Part shown: piece by piece, positions 26,575-34,217 of the stretch
How positions within the stretch are numbered: position 1 is the stretch's first letter
Layout of the letters: every line of letters starts with the position of its first letter
Source of the DNA: a virus
DNA: 43,368 nt
UHGV virus genome: UHGV-1382693
Direction: 5' to 3' (one strand)
Notes under the pieces: model-generated
Seen by the model: only the letters and a program-made list of their open reading frames with translations
What the model was told of the DNA's origin: nothing
Databases searched by the model: none
Made by a program: the position numbers and the translations under genes

Positions 26575-26604
26575 ATTTTACCACGCATTGCGTGGCGTGT
26601 CAAG
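26575..26604 (-). promoter_or_regulatory. Promoter of reverse operon with palindromic operator in the spacer
   Basis: On the - strand: TTGACA(26603-26598)-17 nt-TAAAAT(26580-26575). The spacer holds CCACGCA-T-TGCGTGG (26581-26595). Confidence 0.6.
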
Positions 26605-26685
26605 GGGTAATATTAAAATGTGGGGACGATTATTTTTTGCGAATAAGTTAAAATGAGAGTAGGAATAAACAGAAAGGACTAAAGC

Positions 26686-26871
26686 ATGGTAAAAAACGGT
26701 TGGGTATACTGCCCTATATGTAACAATAAGACCAGGACAAAAATTCGGCCTGATACAGTAGCGAAAAACCTTCCGGTATTTTGCCCTGTATGCAAGAATA
26801 CATCCATAATGAATATTGCAAAAGGAATAGCAAGTGATATGGAAAATGGCGGTTTATCACCTGCCACATAA
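26686..26871 (+). CDS. Com-like Cys4 zinc-ribbon protein
   Basis: CPICNNK...17 aa...CPVCKNTSIM parallels the phage Mu Com zinc ribbon. Confidence 0.5.
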   Translation: MVKNGWVYCPICNNKTRTKIRPDTVAKNLPVFCPVCKNTSIMNIAKGIASDMENGGLSPAT

Positions 26872-26874
26872 TAA

Positions 26875-26940
26875 TTAGAGCCAGACGCCAGACGCAGAGC
26901 CAAACAGATTACAGCAATGTAGTTTGTTTGGCTTTTTCTT
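26875..26940 (+). terminator. Terminator-like hairpin carrying a conserved 26-nt motif (copy 1)
   Basis: TAGAGCCAGACGCCAGACGCAGAGCC then AGCCAAACA...TGTTTGGCT stem plus tttttctt. Confidence 0.5.
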
Positions 26941-27139
26941 ATATTTGACCTCCCTCCTATAGCACATGTCCTTAAAAGAAACAGGTTCTAGCGCATAGCG
27001 TGAACAGCCTGGAGGTTGAAAAGCGGATGCAATTTCCGGCATGTGCGTTTTTGGACAAGTCAAGTCCTACAAAATGGCAACCGTTGGTGGACGGTTACAC
27101 ACCTACAAATAACCTAATAACGGAAAAGGAGAATCATCA

Positions 27140-27757
27140 ATGAAAACCGAAGAATTAAAAGCGCAGGGATTGACAGAGGAACAGATATCTTTTGTCATGG
27201 CTGAAAATGGAAAAGACCTTAAAAAGTTGCAGAAAGAAAATGACAATCTGACATCCGAACGGGATACCTGGAAAGAAAAAGCAGAAGCAGCAGAAACAAC
27301 GCTGAAAGGCTTTGAAGGGGTTGACCTTGAGACGATGCAGAAAGAACTGTCTGACTGGAAACAAAAGGCAGCAGATGCAGAAAAGAATGCCCAGGAACAG
27401 CTCTATGAGCGTGATTTTTCGGACGCTCTGAAAACGGAATTTGAGGGTATTAAGTTTTCTAGCGAAGCGGCTAAGCGTGCAATTATGGCAGAAGTCAAGG
27501 CAGCCGGATTAAAACTTAAAGATGGTAAAATCCTGGGGCTGAATGACCTTTTGTCCCAAATGAAAGAAAAGGACGCTTCGGCATTTATTGATGATGCGCA
27601 GCAACAGGAACAGCAGAACATGGCGAGATTTACGGCGCCGATAAAAGGAACGACCGGAGGAGCGCTGACAAAATCAGATTTTAAGGGTATGAGCCTGGAT
27701 GCAAAAATTGAATTAAAACAGAAAAATCCAGAACTTTACAACAATTTGAAAGGATAA
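27140..27757 (+). CDS. Scaffolding protein (Phage_GP20-like)
   Basis: MKTEELKAQGLTEEQISFVMAENGKDLKKLQ. Helical, charged. Precedes the major capsid gene. Confidence 0.75.
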   Translation: MKTEELKAQGLTEEQISFVMAENGKDLKKLQKENDNLTSERDTWKEKAEAAETTLKGFEGVDLETMQKELSDWKQKAADAEKNAQEQLYERDFSDALKTEFEGIKFSSEAAKRAIMAEVKAAGLKLKDGKILGLNDLLSQMKEKDASAFIDDAQQQEQQNMARFTAPIKGTTGGALTKSDFKGMSLDAKIELKQKNPELYNNLKG

Positions 27758-27763
27758 TGAATT

Positions 27764-28783
27764 ATGCCAAGAACAGGAACATTCGGAGGGTTTGCATTTG
27801 ACCCGGAAGTATTTGCTGATTACATGGCGGAGCAGCCTACATGGAGCAATGCAATTATCGCCTCGGGCATATTGCAGCAGGATAGCACCATTATGAACCT
27901 TATCGGGTCCGAAGGTAATGTTGCAACACTTCCATTTTACAAAGCAATGGACATTACGGATTACGAACCATATAACAATGATGGAAACACAAATAACACC
28001 CCGAAGGAGATTAGCGGCGGGAAGCAGACTACCATGCTGATACAGAGAATGATGGCATGGAAAGCACAGGATTTTACACAGGAGCTTACCGGGGCTGACC
28101 CGATGCAGCATATTGCAAACAGCGTTACCGATTACTATCGTCAGGTTTGGGAAGCAGAACTCATGAATATTGTAAACGCGGTCATGAAACTTGATACAAT
28201 TAAGGACCATGTTTATGACATTTCGCTTTCTGATGATAGTAGTGTTGCAGATGCCAATAAGATTGATGAAACAACCATGATTTATGCACAGCAGAAAGCA
28301 CTCGGCGACATGGCTAATGGGTTTGGAATTGCAATCATGAACTCACTCATATTTGCGAGATACCAGGCTATGGGGATGGTGAACTACAATAAGTACACAA
28401 TCCAGAATGCATTGACATCAGAAGTCAACCTCCCGACAATTAACGGTCTTATCCCGGTAGTGTCAGACCGATTTACGGTTGATACCAGTGGAGAAGTCCC
28501 GAAATACATAACTACAATCGTGGGACAGGGAGCTATACTGACAGCTGAAAAGACCAATTACAAGGAACCTTACTACGCGGATTATGACGCGGAGACTAAG
28601 GCTGGTATTGAAAAACTGTATACCAAGGAAGGGCGCGTGCTGCATCCGAACGGCTTCAATCTCAAGGTTGCAAGCATTGCTGGGGAATCCCCGACCAAGA
28701 CGGAACTTGGAAACAAGGCTAACTGGGAGCTTGCATACAAGGCAAAGAACATCCGTATCGGTCAGATTATTTCCAACGGATAA
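27764..28783 (+). CDS. Major capsid protein
   Basis: 339 aa after the scaffold. MPRTGTFGGFAFDPEVFADYM N-terminus. Confidence 0.8.
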   Translation: MPRTGTFGGFAFDPEVFADYMAEQPTWSNAIIASGILQQDSTIMNLIGSEGNVATLPFYKAMDITDYEPYNNDGNTNNTPKEISGGKQTTMLIQRMMAWKAQDFTQELTGADPMQHIANSVTDYYRQVWEAELMNIVNAVMKLDTIKDHVYDISLSDDSSVADANKIDETTMIYAQQKALGDMANGFGIAIMNSLIFARYQAMGMVNYNKYTIQNALTSEVNLPTINGLIPVVSDRFTVDTSGEVPKYITTIVGQGAILTAEKTNYKEPYYADYDAETKAGIEKLYTKEGRVLHPNGFNLKVASIAGESPTKTELGNKANWELAYKAKNIRIGQIISNG

Positions 28784-28794
28784 GGTGTACAGTA

Positions 28795-28997
28795 TGAGGT
28801 TTACAATCATTGACGGACTGCCTTACATGGTATCAAACGGTAGGCTGTACCCGGTCGACATCAAGGATGGTAAGGTGACATACAGCAAGGAACAGTCATC
28901 CATGACGGATTCCATGGGGGAATATACCCTCGCAGAAGTCATGGCAAAATGTATTAAGCTGTGTAGCATTAAAAGAAAAAGGCAAGCGGCAGAGTGA
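28795..28997 (+). CDS. Small hypothetical protein
   Basis: AAGGTG RBS. 67 aa. Confidence 0.45.
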
Positions 28998-29010
28998 GTG
29001 AGGAATCAAT

Positions 29011-29505
29011 ATGGCATATGCAGACTATGAGTTTTACACAACAAAATACTACGGCAGTTCCATACCGGATTCCCAATCATTTGATAAGCAGGCAGAACGG
29101 GCAAGCGACTTCCTTGATAAAATAACATTTGACAGATTGGTTGACGGCCTCCCAGATAATGAACGAGTGCAAACCAAAATCAAGAAAGCCGTATGTGCAT
29201 TAGCTGATAAACTGTATGGTTTGGAACTGGCAGAAAAACAGGCGCTATCTGCCGCCGCGGGAAGTATAACCAGCGGGACCGGCGGCGCAACCACAGGCGT
29301 TATCACGTCAAAGTCATCCGGTTCCGAATCAATCAGCTATGCATCCCCGTCAGAAATAGCTAACGGAGCTAAAGCCTGGAGTGATATATATTCTGCGGCG
29401 GGGAATAAACAGGAAACAAATAATCCCCTGTATGATACCGCAAAGGTGTATCTGATGGGAGTAAAAGATAACGAAGGGACTCCACTTTTATATGCAGGAT
29501 TGTAA
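29011..29505 (+). CDS. Head-tail connector (gp6/gp15-like)
   Basis: DYEFYTTKYYGSSIPDSQSFDKQAERASDFLDKITFDRL. Confidence 0.7.
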   Translation: MAYADYEFYTTKYYGSSIPDSQSFDKQAERASDFLDKITFDRLVDGLPDNERVQTKIKKAVCALADKLYGLELAEKQALSAAAGSITSGTGGATTGVITSKSSGSESISYASPSEIANGAKAWSDIYSAAGNKQETNNPLYDTAKVYLMGVKDNEGTPLLYAGL

Positions 29506-29842
29506 AGTAAACATTCTGGGAACGGAATGGGAAGTTGTCCAGCGTGATGAAAAATCGGATGAAAACCTGGATGGGAAATTTAGGGATGGATATACCGATT
29601 TTTCTACACATATGATTGTGATTTGCAATAAAAAGGACGATTGCGAATTAAAGGACTATGAAGGATATAAAAATGCCATATTACGGCATGAACTCATCCA
29701 TGCGTTTTTGTATGAAAGCGGTCTGGATTCTTCAAGTTCAAATACATGCGGAGCGTGGGCAACTAATGAAGAAATGATTGACTGGTTCGCTATTCAGTCT
29801 CCGAAGATTTTCAAAGTATTCATGGAATTGGGTTTGCTCTGA
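29492..29842 (+). CDS. HExxH-motif small protein (putative metallopeptidase-like)
   Basis: RHELIHAFLYESG. Confidence 0.5.
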   Translation: MQDCKVNILGTEWEVVQRDEKSDENLDGKFRDGYTDFSTHMIVICNKKDDCELKDYEGYKNAILRHELIHAFLYESGLDSSSSNTCGAWATNEEMIDWFAIQSPKIFKVFMELGLL

Positions 29843-29860
29843 TTCCAGAAAGGAAAAGAT

Positions 29861-30124
29861 ATGGACATTACAACATTGGGAACATGTGTGGCTATTGTGG
29901 CTCTGAGCTATGTGGTTGGTCTTGGATGCAAGGCTGCAAAGAAAATACCGGACGAATGGATTCCGGTTATTATGGCTGTTGTGGGTGGTGTTCTTGGCGC
30001 GCTTGGTATGGGAACTATACCAGACTTCCCGGCATCGGACTACATCACGGCCGTAGCAGTTGGAGCTATGTCTGGCCTTACGGCTACGGGAATTAACCAG
30101 ATGTATAAGCAGGCTAAGAAATGA
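29861..30124 (+). CDS. Holin-like small membrane protein (3 TM + basic C-tail)
   Basis: TM1 LGTCVAIVALSYVVGLGC, TM2 WIPVIMAVVGGVLGALGMG, TM3 ITAVAVGAMSGLTATGI, tail NQMYKQAKK. Confidence 0.55.
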   Translation: MDITTLGTCVAIVALSYVVGLGCKAAKKIPDEWIPVIMAVVGGVLGALGMGTIPDFPASDYITAVAVGAMSGLTATGINQMYKQAKK

Positions 30125-30762
30125 GTAACTACCGAAACCGCAGAAATTATGAAAATCTGGAGCGCCAGATATTTGACGGCGTGGGAAAATACGGAATACC
30201 GCAGATAGAACCAGTAACCTACGAGAAAGGCTGTGAATGGATTGGTTTCAACTATGCCAAGACTTGTAAAGAGCCTGAAAAGAAAGGTGTACATTTCTTC
30301 CTTGATGATTACCAATTCAATAGGTTATGGACGGATGTTGACCGATACATACCCATGTTACAAAAATTCCGTTATGTAATGTCTCCAGACTTTTCCACCT
30401 ACACAGACTTTCCAAAAGCTATCCAGATATACAATCATTATAGAAAACATTGGGTAGGCGCATATCTGCAAGAGGCAGGGATACAAGTTATTCCCACGAT
30501 TTCATGGAGTACGCCCGACAGCTTTGAATGGTGCTTTGACGGAGAGCCACAGGGTGGTGTTGTGGCGGTATCGTCTTTAGGCGTGATGAACAGCAAAGAA
30601 AAGAAAGAGTTGTTTCTGATAGGCTACGAGGAAATGGTACGGCGCATTTGCCCGGACACGATTATCTTTTATGGTTATGTGCCAGATGAGTGCATGGGGA
30701 ATATCGTGAGGGTACGAGCGTTTACAGAAAAGTTTAATGAGGTGTTGTGCAATGGGTGGTAG
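30121..30762 (+). CDS. Hypothetical 213-aa protein
   Basis: GVHFFLDDYQFNRLW...VMSPDFSTY...EWCFDG motif blocks. Confidence 0.55.
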   Translation: MSNYRNRRNYENLERQIFDGVGKYGIPQIEPVTYEKGCEWIGFNYAKTCKEPEKKGVHFFLDDYQFNRLWTDVDRYIPMLQKFRYVMSPDFSTYTDFPKAIQIYNHYRKHWVGAYLQEAGIQVIPTISWSTPDSFEWCFDGEPQGGVVAVSSLGVMNSKEKKELFLIGYEEMVRRICPDTIIFYGYVPDECMGNIVRVRAFTEKFNEVLCNGW

Positions 30763-31114
30763 AGGTGGGGCGAGTGGATTATCTGCTAAAAACCAGAAAA
30801 TTTCTTTCAAAGGATTGCCAACTTTAAAAGGTTCAGAAAAACAAGTTAAATGGGCCGAACAAATTAGAAATAATGCTATTGATACTATCAATAGAAATAT
30901 TGATTTAGCTAATGAAAGGATAAAGAAGTATCCAAGCGCTCAAAAAAAATATCAAAATGAAATTGAATCTTTGCAAGAAATAGGCAAACAACTGAAAGAA
31001 GTATTATTAAAAGTATCTAATGCTTCTCAAATTATTGAAAAGCGTCACATATTTGACTCGTCTAGAATATTGGATGAAGCGTCAAAAATCGAACAAAGAA
31101 AAAAGAAACGCTAA
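30752..31114 (+). CDS. AT-rich hypothetical protein (Gly-rich N-terminus then helical)
   Basis: MGGRGGASGLSAKNQ. Much lower GC than its neighbours. Confidence 0.5.
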   Translation: MGGRGGASGLSAKNQKISFKGLPTLKGSEKQVKWAEQIRNNAIDTINRNIDLANERIKKYPSAQKKYQNEIESLQEIGKQLKEVLLKVSNASQIIEKRHIFDSSRILDEASKIEQRKKKR

Positions 31115-31117
31115 TAG

Positions 31118-31594
31118 GTGATTAATATGTACAATGATACAGTAACAGTATTTAACTACTATGAATCATCCACAACTGGTGTTGGTATCTGGTATCCACA
31201 TGTATTATCAGGCGTTGACCTTAATACCGACAAAGGCGCAATACTAAAAAAGTATGGGCCAGACAGCACGGATAATGCAGAGTTACACATAGTATACGAG
31301 TTACAGGATGGTAAACAGATAATCCGCGATGCTGACGGTAAAGAATTGCCGTGGCTTCCTCCGAAGGAGTGGATGAGACAGGTAAATGATTTGCTGGACG
31401 ATACCATTACCTTTGATGCATCGGATAATTGCTTTTTCTGGGAAGGGGTATGGGATAACGGCCCGGTAAACGATGAAGATTATCGTGACGGTTTTTATGC
31501 TTATATGAATAATCGGTATGACTTCGTATATTTGGTATCCTCTGTTGGAGGTCCATACTCTGTGATTCCTCACTTTGAGATATTGGGGAAATAA
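31118..31594 (+). CDS. Minor capsid / head-tail joining protein
   Basis: Position and DTVTVFNYY-type N-terminus. Confidence 0.5.
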   Translation: MINMYNDTVTVFNYYESSTTGVGIWYPHVLSGVDLNTDKGAILKKYGPDSTDNAELHIVYELQDGKQIIRDADGKELPWLPPKEWMRQVNDLLDDTITFDASDNCFFWEGVWDNGPVNDEDYRDGFYAYMNNRYDFVYLVSSVGGPYSVIPHFEILGK

Positions 31595-31595
31595 T

Positions 31596-32087
31596 ATGGC
31601 AAGCAAAACAACACATTTTAAAGGCTTTTCCGTTGTTGATGGAGAGATAAAGATTACGCTCAAATTATCCCGGTTTGATAAACAATTTCAGCATGCTCAA
31701 TATGAGCTTGACGGAAATGTAATGAATAGTATGGTTCCTTTTATGCCTATGATTACAGGCGATTTTGTGGATGTTACCAGGGCCGCAAGTGCTGCAATAC
31801 AAGGGATTGGAAAAGTGTATGCTGCCTATGGACCTGCTGGTCGTTTTTTATATCAGGGTAAAACTATGGTTAGCGTTGTTACTGGTAGTACCTGGGCTAT
31901 AAAGGGTACTAAAAAGGTATTAGTAAGCCAATATGGAGGAAAAACCAAAGCAAAAGAGGATTTACAGTATACAAAAACAGCGCATCCTAAGGCGCAGGCT
32001 AAATGGTTTGATGCAGCCAAAAAAGCAGACGGTAAATCATGGATAAAGCAAGCCAAGAAAACGGCTGGAGGTGGAAAACGTGGGTGA
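31596..32087 (+). CDS. Minor capsid / neck protein (HK97 gp10-like tail-completion)
   Basis: Position. Basic C-terminal region. Confidence 0.5.
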   Translation: MASKTTHFKGFSVVDGEIKITLKLSRFDKQFQHAQYELDGNVMNSMVPFMPMITGDFVDVTRAASAAIQGIGKVYAAYGPAGRFLYQGKTMVSVVTGSTWAIKGTKKVLVSQYGGKTKAKEDLQYTKTAHPKAQAKWFDAAKKADGKSWIKQAKKTAGGGKRG

Positions 32088-32586
32088 TGAACGAAAACCA
32101 ATCGGGAAAGATGCAAGCGGTTATGATGTATTAACGACCGCGGTAAAGGCGTTGCTTAATCAATTCCCAGGTTTATATGAATATGAAGCTGTTAAATTTG
32201 AAGAACTAGAAAAAGATTACGGAATTGCATTTTCGGCAGATAACGGAGCTTTAATCTTTTCTGAAACAGAGGACGTGATTGGAGGAGTTCACCAGACCTG
32301 CCAGTATCCTTTCTATATTATATACCGTACATCATCCACAAAAGAGCGCCAGAAAATGAGCATACAGGAATTTCTTGATACATTTGGAAAGTGGTTATGC
32401 CGGGAGCCGGTTGTGATTGATGGGAGTGAGCAACGATTATCAAATTATCCCACATTATCCCAGGGAAGGAAGATAACCAAAGTTACCCGTGATAACTCTT
32501 ATGGCCTGGAACCTCAGGAAAGTGGTGTGCAGGATTGGATACTTCCGGTATCGATAGAATATAAATATGATTTTGAAAGATGGTAG
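32080..32586 (+). CDS. Minor capsid / tail terminator-like protein
   Basis: Position before the major tail gene. GTG start after GGAGGTGG. Confidence 0.5.
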   Translation: MGDERKPIGKDASGYDVLTTAVKALLNQFPGLYEYEAVKFEELEKDYGIAFSADNGALIFSETEDVIGGVHQTCQYPFYIIYRTSSTKERQKMSIQEFLDTFGKWLCREPVVIDGSEQRLSNYPTLSQGRKITKVTRDNSYGLEPQESGVQDWILPVSIEYKYDFERW

Positions 32587-32635
32587 AGCCAGACGCTAAG
32601 ACGCAGAGCCTTGTGTGATGGCTCTATTTTTATTT
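32584..32635 (+). terminator. Hairpin carrying the conserved 26-nt motif (copy 2) before the tail operon
   Basis: TAGAGCCAGACGCTAAGACGCAGAGCC-ttgtgtgat-GGCTCTA plus tttttattt. Confidence 0.5.
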
Positions 32636-32650
32636 GAAAGGAGAAAGACA

Positions 32651-33178
32651 GTGGCAACATGGACTTATGCCGATGGAGAGGCAAAAAGAAAAGACTTTAT
32701 GGTCTTTTGGATAACTGATGGAAGCACCACAAATATCACAAAAGATAAACTTGAAATTATTGGAAAAGGCGTTGAAGATATGCCGATTTCGATGAATCCA
32801 GAGACGGAAGAAAGCCAGGATGTGCTTGGAAATAATAACTATGACATCACCGGCTATGCAGAAAGCATGACAGTGGACCCAACCAATGTATCTGGAGAAA
32901 GTAAATACGCTCAGAAGATAGATACGCTCATGGAAGAAAGGGCAACTCTGTCAGATTTGAGATTGAAATATCTCTGTGTAAAGCGATACAAAACCGATAG
33001 TACCGGAAATATGCGTGCATGGGTGCAGGAGGGTGTTGTTGAGTTGGGAGACTTTGCAGGAGGCCTGAAAGGTGTTTCTGCAACGCATACGGTGCACTAT
33101 GTAGGTGATAGGACTCTTGGCGCTGTAAACCCTACAACGATGACTTTTACGGCTGATGGAGCTTCTTTGTCAGAGTAA
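32651..33178 (+). CDS. Major tail protein
   Basis: GTG after AAAGGAG. ~175 aa. Position before the chaperones and tape measure. Confidence 0.65.
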   Translation: MATWTYADGEAKRKDFMVFWITDGSTTNITKDKLEIIGKGVEDMPISMNPETEESQDVLGNNNYDITGYAESMTVDPTNVSGESKYAQKIDTLMEERATLSDLRLKYLCVKRYKTDSTGNMRAWVQEGVVELGDFAGGLKGVSATHTVHYVGDRTLGAVNPTTMTFTADGASLSE

Positions 33179-33191
33179 AGGAGGATAAATT

Positions 33192-33662
33192 ATGCCTAAT
33201 ATTCCAATAAATATTGAAAGCCCAGTTAAATACTACGATTTTACGGACCAGCATGGAGATGTGCTGGCAACTTTCAAATTTGTTCCAACCGACCTTGACA
33301 TATTCGAGCGGCAGCAGAATGTGTATAAAGCATTCGAGGATATGTGGATGGAATTAAAAACAACTCTTGATAACAAGAAGAAGGAAGAAATGTCGTTAGA
33401 GATAATTAATAAATATGCAAAGTCGCTTCAGGAAAAATTTGATTATCTATTTAACGCAGATACTTCTGGCTTCTTCAAAATCGCCAGTCCATTTACCCCT
33501 ATGGAAAATGGCGACCCTTGGGCGCTGGTGATACTTGAGAGCGTTAAAAAAATTATAGAGCAGGAAACGGGTAAAAATTTCACGGAAATGGAAAGTAAAG
33601 CCGGGAAATATACACAACAGTATAATGCTGGTCCTGGTAAATATCCATTTCCTGTAAAATGA
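33192..33662 (+). CDS. Tail assembly chaperone
   Basis: Position. Acidic. AAGGAGG RBS. Confidence 0.6.
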   Translation: MPNIPINIESPVKYYDFTDQHGDVLATFKFVPTDLDIFERQQNVYKAFEDMWMELKTTLDNKKKEEMSLEIINKYAKSLQEKFDYLFNADTSGFFKIASPFTPMENGDPWALVILESVKKIIEQETGKNFTEMESKAGKYTQQYNAGPGKYPFPVK

Positions 33663-34216
33663 GTGCGGCGTGGTCCCTCCCATATTCTCTCTCTGTTAAT
33701 GGAATAGACTATGAAATCCGTGAGGACTTCCGGGCAATATTAGATATTTTATCAGCCTTTGCGGATGAAGAATTGTCTGACCCAGAGAAAACACAAGCAA
33801 TGCTTGAAATTCTTTACTGGCCCGTTATCCCGCCTCCGCAGGATTTAACAGAAGCGGCAGAAAAAGCATTATGGTTTATCGACTGTGGTGTGGTGCATGA
33901 AGATACTCCATCACCGCGCGTAATTGACTGGGAACAGGACGCAGGAATTATTTTCCCGGCGGTTAACAGGATTGCAGGGTTTGAAACACGCGGATGCCAG
34001 ATAATCCATTGGTGGACTTTCTACGGATGGTTCATGGAAATTGGGGACGGATTGTTTTCTCAGGTCCTTTCTATCCGGCAGAAACTGTCAAAAGGGAAGC
34101 GCTTAGAAAAGTGGGAGCAGGAGTTTTTACAGAACAATAAAAAGCTATGTGAACTTGAAAAATCCACTGACAAATCTAAAGAAGAATTTGATTATTTTGC
34201 AGAGTTGCTAAAGTGA
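33659..34216 (+). CDS. Tail assembly chaperone-like / Gp15-family protein
   Basis: Position before the tape measure, in the -1 frame relative to the upstream chaperone. Confidence 0.55.
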   Translation: MSAAWSLPYSLSVNGIDYEIREDFRAILDILSAFADEELSDPEKTQAMLEILYWPVIPPPQDLTEAAEKALWFIDCGVVHEDTPSPRVIDWEQDAGIIFPAVNRIAGFETRGCQIIHWWTFYGWFMEIGDGLFSQVLSIRQKLSKGKRLEKWEQEFLQNNKKLCELEKSTDKSKEEFDYFAELLK

Positions 34217-34217
34217 G

